This document shows, in pieces, positions 29,769 through 40,350 of a stretch of 64,000 nucleotides of DNA; the first letter of the stretch is position 1; every line of letters begins with the position of its first letter. The position numbers were made by a program, and so were the translations under genes. Origin of the DNA: an uncultured Clostridia bacterium (lineage in GTDB: Bacteria > Bacillota > Clostridia > TANB77 > CAG-508); assembly GCA_944391955.1 (NCBI GenBank), contig CALXVG010000001.1, positions 131,170-195,169 on the forward strand. Direction: 5' to 3'. The notes under the pieces are model-generated. The model ran no database searches, had not been told where the DNA came from, and saw only the letters and a list, made by a program, of their open reading frames with translations.

Positions 29769-31169
29769 TTAATCTACTTTGTAATAAGTGTCAACTCCAT
29801 AAAAAGGATTGTACCAGTTTCCACTAAAATCCCCTTTTACACTAGAATTATGAAGTATGATATATGAGTTGAAAAATAATCCCATAAATGGTAGTTCTTG
29901 GCTATATTGATTTATTAATTCTTCATATTTTTGTTTTAGTATTTCTTGATTTTCTATTTGGTAAATGTCTTGTAAATTTTTTTCTTTAAAATACACATCT
30001 AGGTTTGGTGTAATTGATACTGTTTGTTTGTTTAATACTAAATCATAATAGCTATTATTTATTGCATTTTCAAAATTGTAGTAATAGATTATATCAACAT
30101 CAATTCCTTCTTCTTCTAATTGTTTTTTTATTATTTCTGCTATTTGGTACATTTCTGCATCATTAGTTATTCCTAAGGTCAACTGTGTTGTTACAATATC
30201 ATTTTCTTCATTTTTGTATTCTATATCACTATTTAAATAACTTCCATAGTCTAATGGAAAATCAGCTATTATGTATTTATTATTATATAGTTCATATATA
30301 ATTTGTTCCCTATTTATTAATTTCTTAATCTGATATCTAGTATTTTTTTCTAGTTTTTCATTAAAATTTATATAATAAAAATTTCTTCCTGTAATTAATT
30401 GGTGTGAAATTCCTATATTTTCTATATATTCCTGATAATTATTATTTTGTGTTATGATAATATCTACTTTTGCTTTAGAAAATGCACTATATAGTTCTGA
30501 TATGGTATCATATATATTTATAGTTATTTTTCTCTCATCATTTTTTAAAATTATTTGTTTTTCTGTTATTTCTTCTACCTGATAACTGTTTGTCCCAATA
30601 TTTGCAATATCATATGTATTTTCCTTTACAATTGGAAAACATAATAAATATTCAAAAAAGTCTTGTGTTTCACTTAATGTGAGTTTTATTGTTTTATCAT
30701 CTATTATTTCAATAGTTTCGATTGACTCTACATTTCTTTTATATATTGAGTCTGAATTTTTTATAGTATTTATTGTAAATTCTATGTCTCTTGCAGTTAC
30801 TTCACTTCCATTATGCCATTTTACATCTCCTAATTTTATTATGTATTCTTTGTCTCCTGTTTTAGACCATTCTTTTGCAATTGCTCCTTGTATATTAAAA
30901 TCTTTTGTTATTTCTATTAATGGTTTGTATATCAATTTCGTTAGAAATTGTACTTCTATACTTTTAGTTGTTATTGGATTCAGTGTATCAAATTCCGTTA
31001 TACCTATAATTATGTCTTTATTGATATTTAATATTCTTATATTTTCTTCTTTATTTATTGCCTCAGTATTATTCCTTATACATATTATATATATTGCAAG
31101 CAAGATTAAAACTACTGTAATAATTATAAATATGCTTTTAAAATACTTCGTCTTTTTTTCTCCTTCCAT
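29769..31169 (-). CDS. Membrane-anchored solute-binding-protein family 5 (peptide/nickel SBP-like) domain protein.
   Basis: 466 aa. N-terminal TM segment. A DVKWHNGSEVTARDIEFT motif like OppA/DppA-type SBPs. No ABC permease genes nearby. Confidence 0.5.
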   Translation of the reverse strand: MEGEKKTKYFKSIFIIITVVLILLAIYIICIRNNTEAINKEENIRILNINKDIIIGITEFDTLNPITTKSIEVQFLTKLIYKPLIEITKDFNIQGAIAKEWSKTGDKEYIIKLGDVKWHNGSEVTARDIEFTINTIKNSDSIYKRNVESIETIEIIDDKTIKLTLSETQDFFEYLLCFPIVKENTYDIANIGTNSYQVEEITEKQIILKNDERKITINIYDTISELYSAFSKAKVDIIITQNNNYQEYIENIGISHQLITGRNFYYINFNEKLEKNTRYQIKKLINREQIIYELYNNKYIIADFPLDYGSYLNSDIEYKNEENDIVTTQLTLGITNDAEMYQIAEIIKKQLEEEGIDVDIIYYYNFENAINNSYYDLVLNKQTVSITPNLDVYFKEKNLQDIYQIENQEILKQKYEELINQYSQELPFMGLFFNSYIILHNSSVKGDFSGNWYNPFYGVDTYYKVD

Positions 31170-31205
31170 ATTAATTATGGGTAGGATTTTTTCCTACCCA
31201 ATTAT

Positions 31206-31469
31206 CTATTTACGAGATTCTATTATTAATTTCATTCCCGTTCTATTTTCTCCTTCTACCTCTACTTCAGCAAATGCTGGTATACATACTAAGTCAACTC
31301 CTGCTGGTGCAACAAATCCTCTTGCTATTGCTACTGCTTTTACAGCTTGATTAAGCGCCCCCGCTCCAATCGCCTGCATTTCTGCCTTATTACTTTCTTT
31401 TACTAATCCAGCAATTGCTCCTGCTACTGAATTTGGATTTGATTTTGATGAAATTTTTAAAACTTCCAT
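31206..31469 (-). CDS. spoVS: Stage V sporulation protein S.
   Basis: 87 aa: MEVLKISSKSNPNSVAGAIAG... Matches SpoVS closely. Confidence 0.85.
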   Translation of the reverse strand: MEVLKISSKSNPNSVAGAIAGLVKESNKAEMQAIGAGALNQAVKAVAIARGFVAPAGVDLVCIPAFAEVEVEGENRTGMKLIIESRK

Positions 31470-31606
31470 TTCTTTCCTCCTATAATTTTTTTTGTAACTT
31501 TATTTTTTACTTCATTTGTTACAATATATTTATATTATAGTTTTTTTATTTTGTCTACACTTTTCTGGAAATTATTGGAAATTTTCATCGCAAATTGCGT
31601 CATTTT

Positions 31607-32380
31607 CTACATTTTTACTCTTTCGATTTTCTTTGTTCGACATGTTTCGTTATCTATTTCTAAAATGATACCATTTATTGATACATTTTTATCGCTACTT
31701 ATTTTATATCTTTCTGGCAATGTAGAGACAAATCTTTTTAATGATGCATCAATGTCCATTCCTATTACAGATTTTATTGGTCCGGTCATCCCAATATCTG
31801 TTATATATGCTGTACCATTTTCCAAAATAGTTTCATCAGCAGTTTGTACATGTGTATGTGTTCCATACACGCATGTTACTTTGCCATCTAAAAAATATCC
31901 CATTGCAATTTTTTCTGCTGTTGCTTCTGCATGAAAATCAACAATTATGGCATCTGCTTCATTTTTTATTTTTTCTATAATGTCTTCTACTGTTAAAAAT
32001 GGATTTTCAGATAAAACTGATATATCTACTCTTCCAATTAAATTAATTACTGCAATTTTTTTATTATTGCATTTATATATTGAGTAGCCTTTTCCAGGAA
32101 TACCTTTTGAGTAATTTGCTGGTCTTATTATTTGTTCATCATCTATAAATGAAAAAATATCTTTCTTTCCCCAGGTATGGTTTCCCATTGTTACAACATT
32201 TACCCCAGCTTTTTTTAACTCTTCAAATATTTTTAAATTTATTCCCATTCCATCAGCCGAATTTTCTCCGTTTGCTATTATAAAATCTATATTATTCTGA
32301 TTTTTATATTGTGGAATAATTTCTTTAACTCTTTTTACTCCTATATTTCCTATAATGTCTCCAATAATTAGAATTTTCAT
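31607..32380 (-). CDS. ymdB: YmdB-like 2',3'-cyclic-nucleotide 2'-phosphodiesterase (TIGR00282 metallophosphoesterase).
   Basis: 257 aa. ILIIGDIIG ... GNHTWGKK motifs. Adjacent to spoVS, as in other Firmicutes. Confidence 0.8.
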   Translation of the reverse strand: MKILIIGDIIGNIGVKRVKEIIPQYKNQNNIDFIIANGENSADGMGINLKIFEELKKAGVNVVTMGNHTWGKKDIFSFIDDEQIIRPANYSKGIPGKGYSIYKCNNKKIAVINLIGRVDISVLSENPFLTVEDIIEKIKNEADAIIVDFHAEATAEKIAMGYFLDGKVTCVYGTHTHVQTADETILENGTAYITDIGMTGPIKSVIGMDIDASLKRFVSTLPERYKISSDKNVSINGIILEIDNETCRTKKIERVKM

Positions 32381-32390
32381 TTTTCCTCCC

Positions 32391-33086
32391 TCAATTTATT
32401 TTTGCTAAATCAAAATTCAAATAATCTGAACTTACCATTTGTATTTTTATATTGTCAATTAACCCTTGTTTTGCTTCTTTATGTGATTCCCCATGTATAT
32501 GACCATATACACACTGTGTTACATTAAATGCTTTCATGGTTTTTATAAAGTCTAATTCTGTATCATTATAACTATTAAATGGTGGATAATGCATACATAC
32601 TATTATTTCTTTGTCTTTTCCATATTTTTGGACGCCATCTTGCAAAGACAATTTTAATCTATAATTTTCTCTTTTAATTATTTTTTCTGCTTGTTCTTCT
32701 TGTTCAGACCATCCTCTTGTTCCTGCTATAATTTTGTCTTCAAAAAAATAACTATTATTGTGCAAAAAATCTATGTTTTTTATATTATTTTCATCTAAAA
32801 ATTTTCTGATTTTAGTAAGAGTATTCCACCAGTAATCATGGTTTCCTTTTAGTAATAATTTTTTTCCTGGTAGATTATTTATAAATTTGAAATCTTCCAA
32901 TGATTCTTCTAAATACATTGCCCATGAGAAATCTCCTGGAATTAAAACTAAGTCGTCTTCTTTTACTTTTTCTAACCAGTTCTTTTTTATTTTTTCTTCA
33001 TGATTAATCCAATTATCTCCAAAGATATCCATTGGCTTTCCTATCCCTAAAGACAGATGTAAATCTGCTATTGCAAAAATAGACAT
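32391..33086 (-). CDS. Calcineurin-like metallophosphoesterase.
   Basis: 231 aa with DLHLS ... GDFS ... GNHD motifs. Confidence 0.7.
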   Translation of the reverse strand: MSIFAIADLHLSLGIGKPMDIFGDNWINHEEKIKKNWLEKVKEDDLVLIPGDFSWAMYLEESLEDFKFINNLPGKKLLLKGNHDYWWNTLTKIRKFLDENNIKNIDFLHNNSYFFEDKIIAGTRGWSEQEEQAEKIIKRENYRLKLSLQDGVQKYGKDKEIIVCMHYPPFNSYNDTELDFIKTMKAFNVTQCVYGHIHGESHKEAKQGLIDNIKIQMVSSDYLNFDLAKIN

Positions 33087-34084
33087 TAATTACCTCCTAT
33101 CTTTAGATTAGGTACTGCATTTAAATTTAGAGATGCTATTTTACCCTCTACATAATTATAATATCCTGCTGAAGCAATCATTGCTGCATTGTCTGTACAT
33201 AATTTCATTTCTGGAAAAAATATTTTTACTTTTTTATCTTGTGCAAATTTTTCAAATTCTCTTCTAATATATGAATTAGCTGCTACTCCTCCTGCTAATA
33301 CTATATTTTTTATTTGTGTTTCATCTATTGCTTTTATAATATTTTCTAAAAGCATTTCTGTTGTTACTTTTTCAAAGCTTGCACATAAATCTGCTTTGTT
33401 TATATCTGGTTTATTATGATTTAGATTTATTACTGCTGTTTTTATTCCACTAAAGCTAAAGTTTAGACCCTCAACGTTAGATTTTGGTAGATTAATATTA
33501 GGTGTTCCTTCATATGCCAATTTGTCTATTTTAGGTCCTCCTGGATATCCTAATCCTACTACTCTTGCAACTTTATCATATGCCTCACCTATTGCATCAT
33601 CTTTGGTTTTTCCTATTATTTCAAATTTTGTATAATCATTTACTTTTACTAAATGTGTGTGTCCTCCTGAAATTATTAAACATAGAAATGGTGGCTTTAG
33701 TTCTTCATATGTTAAATAATTTGCTGCAATATGTCCTTCTATATGGTTAACACCAACTAGTGGTTTTTGTATTGCATAACTTAAAGATTTTGCGTATGAG
33801 AGTCCTACTAATAATGCTCCTACTAAACCCGGTCCATAGGTAGCACATACTACATCTATATCATTATATGTTACATTGGCTTGTTTTAGAGCCTCTTTTA
33901 CTACTTGATTAATTACTTCCACATGGCATCTTGATGCTATTTCTGGTACTACTCCACCATATATAGTGTGTATGTCTATTTGTGAATTAATAATATTTGA
34001 TAAAACTTTTCTGCCATTTACTACTATCGCTGCAGAAGTTTCATCACAACTTGTTTCTATTCCCAAAGTTATTATATTTTTCAT
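33086..34084 (-). CDS. tsaD: tRNA N6-adenosine threonylcarbamoyltransferase TsaD.
   Basis: GIETSCDETSAAIV motif. The likely start is MKNIITLG at 34084 with an AGAGGA RBS. The 27-aa extension in the ORF track is probably spurious. Confidence 0.85.
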   Translation of the reverse strand: MKNIITLGIETSCDETSAAIVVNGRKVLSNIINSQIDIHTIYGGVVPEIASRCHVEVINQVVKEALKQANVTYNDIDVVCATYGPGLVGALLVGLSYAKSLSYAIQKPLVGVNHIEGHIAANYLTYEELKPPFLCLIISGGHTHLVKVNDYTKFEIIGKTKDDAIGEAYDKVARVVGLGYPGGPKIDKLAYEGTPNINLPKSNVEGLNFSFSGIKTAVINLNHNKPDINKADLCASFEKVTTEMLLENIIKAIDETQIKNIVLAGGVAANSYIRREFEKFAQDKKVKIFFPEMKLCTDNAAMIASAGYYNYVEGKIASLNLNAVPNLKIGGN

Positions 34085-34196
34085 TTTTCTCAATCCTCTT
34101 CTATACCGTATTTTATCAGTATTTATATATATTGTCAAGATTAGAAATCCACACAAAAAAAGCATGAATTTTACTTCATGCTTTCTTATTTTTTAA

Positions 34197-35765
34197 TTAG
34201 TTTGATTTTTTATTTTTCTTTAATCCATATACTCCTGCTACTAAACCAACTACTGCAATTACTGCAACTGCAATTACTGGTACTAATGCATCAGATGTAT
34301 CTGGATTTGTTGTTATACCAGCATCATTTGGAATTTCTTCAAATATAACAGCTAATTCTAAATTTTCTGTTATTGGAGTATCTTCTGCAAATGTTTCGTC
34401 TGTTCCAATTTTAACAAATTTTACAAATTCATATCCTTCTTTTGTTTTAAGTGATGTTAAGTCTAAATCTGCTAGTGTTTTTCCTTCTTTAACTTCGAAT
34501 GTTGTTTCTCCAATTACTACAGTATATGTTGGTATTTTTTCAAGATCGCTTATTGCTTTTTCTATTGCTTTTGCATAACCATCTACCGTTGATTGTTCAC
34601 TAGCTTTTAATCCTCTAACAACACTGTTTACTGCTCCATCTACTCCTGCTCCATCCCAGTTTGTGTAATCTGATGGATTAAGGCTATTTACATATTCTAT
34701 TAATTCATCAACTTTAGTATAATCAGCTTCTTTTTCCTCAAATTCTACTGTTACTGTAACATCTGACTCTGGCATTGTTATTTTATTATCTGTTACTGTT
34801 ACTGGATTTCCATCTTTGTCTGTTACTGTAATTGATTTTACTTGATATCCTGTATTTGCTGTTACTGTAAATACTACTTCTGAATTTCCTGCTACTTGTG
34901 TGTTTTGAACTGTTACTGTTCCATTTGTTGTTTGATTAATAGTTATATTATAGTAAGTTGTTACTGTAGCCGTTCCTCCTTCAGGACTATTAACTATACT
35001 ACTGCTAGCAGGTGCTGCTATAGTTGCTTCTGGTAATATTTCTACTGTTCCAGCTTCTGCCAAAATAGCTCCATTTGTTGCATTTTCAGCTGTAAGTGTT
35101 CCTCCTTCAATATTCAGTGTTCCACCCTTATTTGCTACAACATATCCATTTTCTCCTTTTGTTGTTAATGTACCACCTTCGATTCTAACTTCACAGTTAT
35201 CTCTGTTTATTATTAAAACGTAATCACTTGTTAATGTACCACTTTTAACTGTTATTGTTGGATTTGTATCACCAATGTTTCCTACTGTTGATGTATCTGT
35301 TGCTGTACTTGTTATTATTGCTCCATCGATTAGTAATTCGCCTTCATTTCTTATTACATAGAAACTTTTACTTGTAGTATATGTACCACCTTCAATTGTT
35401 AAAGTTCCTAAGTTTGTAAGAACTGAATATGTTGAGTCCTCTTTGTGAGTAACTTTTGCTCCTCCTTTGCTGTCTATAATTCTTAATGTTCCACCTTGTT
35501 CAACTTTAATAGCTTCACATGCTGCTGTATAGTTTATTAAGCTTTGTCCATTTAAGTCTAAAACTACATTTTCGCCATTACCAATTATAATATCTTGTGC
35601 TATATCGCCTGTAGTTTCTTTTAATTTGTATGTTCCATCTGCTTCTTGTGTTGCTACTCCCCACTTTACTAACTCAGTAACGGTTGCTGCTTGTACACCA
35701 TTTGTAACAAATAAAACAGCTACAAATAATGCTAATACTGCTAAAACTTTTAATGTTTTTTGCAT
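34197..35765 (-). CDS. Cell-surface protein with a parallel beta-helix repeat region, a Big/InlB-B-like domain and a Listeria-Bacteroides-type repeat. The C-terminus is an NPDTS-type sorting signal.
   Basis: 522 aa. Signal peptide. GGTLTIEGG-type repeats. C-terminus …TTNPDTSDALVPVIAVAVIAVVGLVAGVYGLKKNKKSN (motif, hydrophobic span, basic tail). GC content is above the local average. Confidence 0.6.
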   Translation of the reverse strand: MQKTLKVLAVLALFVAVLFVTNGVQAATVTELVKWGVATQEADGTYKLKETTGDIAQDIIIGNGENVVLDLNGQSLINYTAACEAIKVEQGGTLRIIDSKGGAKVTHKEDSTYSVLTNLGTLTIEGGTYTTSKSFYVIRNEGELLIDGAIITSTATDTSTVGNIGDTNPTITVKSGTLTSDYVLIINRDNCEVRIEGGTLTTKGENGYVVANKGGTLNIEGGTLTAENATNGAILAEAGTVEILPEATIAAPASSSIVNSPEGGTATVTTYYNITINQTTNGTVTVQNTQVAGNSEVVFTVTANTGYQVKSITVTDKDGNPVTVTDNKITMPESDVTVTVEFEEKEADYTKVDELIEYVNSLNPSDYTNWDGAGVDGAVNSVVRGLKASEQSTVDGYAKAIEKAISDLEKIPTYTVVIGETTFEVKEGKTLADLDLTSLKTKEGYEFVKFVKIGTDETFAEDTPITENLELAVIFEEIPNDAGITTNPDTSDALVPVIAVAVIAVVGLVAGVYGLKKNKKSN

Positions 35766-35941
35766 AATTTTTTCCTCCTTTTTTATTTTTTATAAAATCA
35801 TTGTAACCTTTGTTATATTTTTTGTCAATGGTTTTTGAAATTATTTTTTTACATTTTTCTTCCTATTTTGCGTATTTTTTTCTTTGGATTTTATGGCATT
35901 TTTAGTTGTATTTTTCTTTATTTTATTGTATTATATTTATC

Positions 35942-36793
35942 ATGAGAATCGATAGATTAAAAAAAGAAAGAGCTTTGAAAAAAAAGCGAAGAATATTTTT
36001 ACTTTTAATAATTTTATCTTTAGTTGTACTAGGTTACGCCTGTAACTATATTATACACTGGTTTTTTGATGCAAAAAACATAGAAAAAGAAATAGCTGAT
36101 ATTGAACAAATTGTCTCTGTATCTGAAATTGAGGTCCCTTTAGAAGATGAAAATGTCGTTACTTATGGTGAAGAAAGTGAACCTGAAACTAGTCCATATT
36201 GGTCGTATATCTCTATGGATATGTTAACTGTTGATTTTTCTAATTTAAAATCAGAAAATAGTGATACTGTTGCATGGCTTAAAGTTAATGGTACTAATAT
36301 TAATTATCCTGTTGTTCAAACTACAGATAATTCATATTATTTAAAACATTCTTTCAAAAAATCTAGTAATAGAGCTGGTTGGATATTTATGGATTACAGA
36401 AATAGTGTAACTTCTTTTGATAGAAATACTATAATTTATGGACATAACCGTGCTGATTCAACAATGTTTGGTTCTTTAAAGAATATTTTGACTAGTAATT
36501 GGTTAAATAATACAAATAATCATGTTGTTAAATTGTCTACTGAAACAGAAAGTACTTTGTGGCAAGTTTTTAGTGTTTACCACATTAGTACAACTGATGA
36601 TTATTTACAAACTCAATTTAGTAGTGATACTCAATTTGTTAATTTTATAGAAATGTTACAAGCAAGGAGTGTTTATAAATTTAACACCTCTGTATCTGAA
36701 AATGATAAAATTTTAACTCTTTCCACTTGTTATGGTAATGATTCTGAAAGAACTGTCTTACATGCAAAATTAATAAAGAAATATGCTTTATAA
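35942..36793 (+). CDS. srtB: Class B sortase.
   Basis: IYGHNR and TLSTC signature motifs. N-terminal TM. The first ATG is at 35942; the ORF track begins at a TTG at 35906. Confidence 0.7.
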   Translation: MRIDRLKKERALKKKRRIFLLLIILSLVVLGYACNYIIHWFFDAKNIEKEIADIEQIVSVSEIEVPLEDENVVTYGEESEPETSPYWSYISMDMLTVDFSNLKSENSDTVAWLKVNGTNINYPVVQTTDNSYYLKHSFKKSSNRAGWIFMDYRNSVTSFDRNTIIYGHNRADSTMFGSLKNILTSNWLNNTNNHVVKLSTETESTLWQVFSVYHISTTDDYLQTQFSSDTQFVNFIEMLQARSVYKFNTSVSENDKILTLSTCYGNDSERTVLHAKLIKKYAL

Positions 36794-36844
36794 AAATTAA
36801 ATATACATTAAAATGGATGTTTTTATAAACATCCATTTCTTGGT

Positions 36845-38311
36845 TTAATACATATTATTTAAATTATTTTTTCTTATAATAATAAATACTATGCCTGCAA
36901 CAAATATTATTATAAATATCATCATAAGAATTCCTGAAATGCCATTGGTAGATTGTTCTTCATTATTATGTGTTTCAAAAATTGCTTCTAGTTCCAAATC
37001 ACTTGTTATTTCAGTATCTTCTTTAAATTCTTCATCTGTTCCTGCCTTTACAAATTTTATAAACGTTGCTCCTGCTTTTGTTTTAATTTGTGTTAAATCT
37101 AAATCTGCTAAAGTTTTCCCTGATTGAATTTTAAATGCATATTCTCCAATTTTTATTGTAACTTCTTGTCCTTCAAATTTCGCCTCTAAAGTTAAAAATG
37201 ATTCTATTGGTTCATTTAAGTCTACCTTTTCCCCTGTTTCAACTATATATAATCCTAAAAATTTTTCTTGTTCCATTAATTCTTGAACTGCTGGAATTGT
37301 TGATAAGCTTCTTCCATATTCTATAATATATTCTTCATCTTCTATTATTATTCTGTTTAAGATTTTGTCATATGTTACCTCTACTGTAACATTAGATGCT
37401 GGCATTCTTATTGTGTAATCTTCTTCAACCGTTATCTTGTTTCCATTTTTATCTGTTACAACTATTGATGTAGGATAATACCCTTGTATAGGTTGTACAT
37501 TTAATTTAACTGTTTCGCCTTCTTGTGCTATATTTTTTTCTGCTGTTACTGTTCCTAATTCTGCTGTTTTAGAATTTATATTATAAAGTACAATAGCATT
37601 ATCTAATATTGCTCCGCTACTTTTTTCTACAGCATCTGATAAATATTTTACTGTTGTTTGAACATTAGAAGTTTTAGTTATTTCTACTCCTCCACTGCTT
37701 CCTGCTTGAAGGTTTTGAATTTTTCCACCTACTATTTCGACTGTTGCTTTTCCTATAACGCCTATTATGCTTTCATCTAATTCTCCTCCAATATACAAGT
37801 TTTCAATAGTTCCATTATTTATTAACACAGATGCTTCTTCTGTTTTTCCTCTACATACTGTTTGTAATAATTCTATAGTACCTGAATTAACTGTTAAGGC
37901 TGATTTGTTAGCATTTCCTTCCAAACCACCAAGAGTCAAATATGATATAAAAATATTTGTTTCTTGATTTATAACTATAGATATATTTTCAACATAAGCA
38001 CTGTCTTTTAATCCTCCTCCAAATATTGCACTTACTGTTCCTCCTGTCATTGTTATATTACTTGAAGTATAGCTGGAATTTTCTTTTCCCCCTCCAAATA
38101 TCCTTGCATTACTTGAAACTGCTTGTGTCCCACCATTCCAAGTAATTAAAGCTCCTGGTTGTCCGTCTGTTCTTTGTGTTATTACTATTGGTGTTCCTTT
38201 TGCATAGAAGTCTTCTCCATCAAATTCTGGTGTTTCTTCTGCATATACTGGTGTGATTAATAATGCTAATATAATCAAAGTTAAAATCAATATTATATTT
38301 TTTATCCTCAT
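36845..38311 (-). CDS. Cell-surface protein paralogous to 34197-35765, with a C-terminal membrane anchor.
   Basis: 488 aa. Signal peptide. Same beta-helix, Big-like and KTLADLDLT..FVKFVK repeat modules. C-terminal TM plus a basic tail (IIIRKNN). No clear NPxT motif. Confidence 0.6.
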   Translation of the reverse strand: MRIKNIILILTLIILALLITPVYAEETPEFDGEDFYAKGTPIVITQRTDGQPGALITWNGGTQAVSSNARIFGGGKENSSYTSSNITMTGGTVSAIFGGGLKDSAYVENISIVINQETNIFISYLTLGGLEGNANKSALTVNSGTIELLQTVCRGKTEEASVLINNGTIENLYIGGELDESIIGVIGKATVEIVGGKIQNLQAGSSGGVEITKTSNVQTTVKYLSDAVEKSSGAILDNAIVLYNINSKTAELGTVTAEKNIAQEGETVKLNVQPIQGYYPTSIVVTDKNGNKITVEEDYTIRMPASNVTVEVTYDKILNRIIIEDEEYIIEYGRSLSTIPAVQELMEQEKFLGLYIVETGEKVDLNEPIESFLTLEAKFEGQEVTIKIGEYAFKIQSGKTLADLDLTQIKTKAGATFIKFVKAGTDEEFKEDTEITSDLELEAIFETHNNEEQSTNGISGILMMIFIIIFVAGIVFIIIRKNNLNNMY

Positions 38312-38404
38312 TTTTTACTCCTTTCTCTTATGTTCTATCAAAATTATATCTTATTTAGAAGTTTTGTCAAGTGTTTTTTTAGGTTTGGGGCATGTTTTAA
38401 AATA

Positions 38405-38450
38405 CAAAAATAGCAATACTTAAATTAATATATGTATTGCTATTTGTTAA
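38405..38450 (-). terminator. Terminator hairpin after the DUF1893-like gene.
   Basis: AATAGCAATAC ... GTATTGCTATT followed by a T-run. Confidence 0.5.
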
Positions 38451-38462
38451 TTAATTTTGTTT

Positions 38463-38870
38463 TTACAAATTTAGCATTTCTTGATATATCTTATTTATAT
38501 CATTTTCTTCTTTATATTTGTTTTCCATTGGGCACATTCCTGTTTTATCATTATTTTGTATATAATCTACTAAATTCTTGTATTCGTATTTTATGCTATT
38601 TTCTTCTAATATTGGAACAGCATATTTGCTCATAACATCTGCATAAATTTCTTTTACTCCTGCTATTGTTAAAATACTACTTGCTACTTTTCCTATTACT
38701 TTATCTGCAATTACTGCTCCTTTTAAAGCATTTCTATCTTTTTGTAAGATTTCTTTTATATCTTTTATTCTATTTTGATAATATGTTTTACATTCTCCAT
38801 CTGCATATATAACAACTAAACTGGCATTTGTTCTATATAATTCATTTTTTGCTTTTTCTAAATTAGTCAT
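38463..38870 (-). CDS. Small soluble protein of unknown function (DUF1893 / TM1506-like).
   Basis: 135 aa. Overlaps the upstream gene by 8 nt, so probably translationally coupled. Assigned from a remembered family, so the label is weak. Confidence 0.4.
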   Translation of the reverse strand: MTNLEKAKNELYRTNASLVVIYADGECKTYYQNRIKDIKEILQKDRNALKGAVIADKVIGKVASSILTIAGVKEIYADVMSKYAVPILEENSIKYEYKNLVDYIQNNDKTGMCPMENKYKEENDINKIYQEMLNL

Positions 38871-39435
38871 TTTTTAAATTTAACCTTTCATTCATTAATT
38901 TTGCTATAAATGGAACACATAATAATTGAATAATAATTCCTGGCATTCCTGTTCTTATTGATTCTATTACAGATATTCCATAAGTAGGTAATCCTAAAAC
39001 ATTAATAGCCATAAACAATACTCCTGAATATAAAATTCTTCCTAAGATTATTGTTCCTACTAAAGATACATAAGAATTAAATTTTTTCTTTAAGATGCTT
39101 AAAAGTATTGCATATATAACAAGTTCTATTAGCATATATGGTAATCTTGCAATAGTTGGCATTCCTGTTAATAAATAACTAAATATTATTGAGCTTCCTG
39201 CTACTGCAGTTGCTGATATTGCTCCAAATGTTAATGCTGCAATTAAAACAGCTATATGCATTGGTAAAAATGTTGCTCCTGCTGCACTGCCTGCTAATAT
39301 GTGAAATACTCTTGGTAATGCTATTCCTATTCCACTTAACAATACTGTACCTATAACATATTTTGCCTTTCTATTTGATAATATTTCACTTAAACGATTT
39401 GTTTCTTTTTTAATTGTTTCTACTTTTTCATTCAT
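38863..39435 (-). CDS. ECF-transporter S-component-like polytopic membrane protein.
   Basis: 190 aa, ~6 TM. Small-residue-rich helices (LPMHIAVLIAALTFG) as in ThiW/QueT/BioY-type S components. No EcfA/EcfT genes in the window. Confidence 0.45.
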   Translation of the reverse strand: MNEKVETIKKETNRLSEILSNRKAKYVIGTVLLSGIGIALPRVFHILAGSAAGATFLPMHIAVLIAALTFGAISATAVAGSSIIFSYLLTGMPTIARLPYMLIELVIYAILLSILKKKFNSYVSLVGTIILGRILYSGVLFMAINVLGLPTYGISVIESIRTGMPGIIIQLLCVPFIAKLMNERLNLKND

Positions 39436-39459
39436 GTTAATATCCTCCTCTTTTTTATA

Positions 39460-40350
39460 TTAATCAATATTAATTAATTCATATTCTTTTGTTCCAAATC
39501 CAAGCTCTGCTGCTGCATCTATTGTATGTGTTCCATTTCTTGAATTTATTCTCTCTAATAAATGTTCTTTACCTTCATCATTTGAATTTTTAACTAAATC
39601 TATACATGCTTGGTCTATTGCAATTGGGTCAAGTGATGCTAATATACCAATATCTTTCATACATGGGTCTTCTGCTACTGCACAACAGTCGCAATCTACA
39701 CTCATATTGCACATAATATTAATAAAAGCTATCTTGTTTTTAAAGTATTCAACAACTGATGAAGCACTATCTGCCATTGATTCTAGAAATTTGTCTTGTT
39801 CTGGTAAATCATCCCATAATTTTGTTTGATCTTTCTCTCTTCCTGCTGAGTGTATCCATGTTTTTCCTTCAGATGAGGCACAACCTATTGATAATTGTTT
39901 TAATGCTCCTCCATATCCTCCCATTGGATGTCCTTTAAAATGTGATATTACTAACATTGAATCATAATTTGCTATGTTTTTACCAACATAATTTTCTTTA
40001 ATAACTTTACCATTTGGTATGCTAAGAACTACGTCATTTCCTTCTGCATCCATAATGTCTACATTAAAATATTTTGTCCAACCATGATTTTCTATTAGTT
40101 TTTTATGCTTTTCTGTATTGTTTCTTTCACCTTCATAAGCTGTATTACATTCTACTATTGTTCCATTAACTTTTTCTACAATTGCTCTCATGAATTCTGG
40201 ACGTAAATAGTTTTGATTTCCTTCTTCTCCTGAATGAACTTTTACAGCTACTTTTCCAGGCAAGTCTTTTTCTAATTTTTCAAATATTTTAACTACACTT
40301 TCAGGGGTAATTTCTTTAGTAAAATAAACCTTTGATTTTTCCATCATCAT
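39460..40350 (-). CDS. DUF362-like protein with a Cys-rich, putative Fe-S motif.
   Basis: 296 aa. Cys cluster CNMSVDCDCCAVAEDPC. First gene of an apparent three-gene operon. Confidence 0.45.
   Translation of the reverse strand: MMMEKSKVYFTKEITPESVVKIFEKLEKDLPGKVAVKVHSGEEGNQNYLRPEFMRAIVEKVNGTIVECNTAYEGERNNTEKHKKLIENHGWTKYFNVDIMDAEGNDVVLSIPNGKVIKENYVGKNIANYDSMLVISHFKGHPMGGYGGALKQLSIGCASSEGKTWIHSAGREKDQTKLWDDLPEQDKFLESMADSASSVVEYFKNKIAFINIMCNMSVDCDCCAVAEDPCMKDIGILASLDPIAIDQACIDLVKNSNDEGKEHLLERINSRNGTHTIDAAAELGFGTKEYELINID

Noticed and set aside
33086-34165. N-terminal 27-aa extension of TsaD given in the ORF track (MLFLCGFLILTIYINTDKIRYRRGLRK...).
   Set aside because: The conserved TsaD N-terminus MKNIITLGIETSCDE begins at an internal ATG with an RBS. 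The extension is hydrophobic, not conserved, and overlaps the upstream terminator region.
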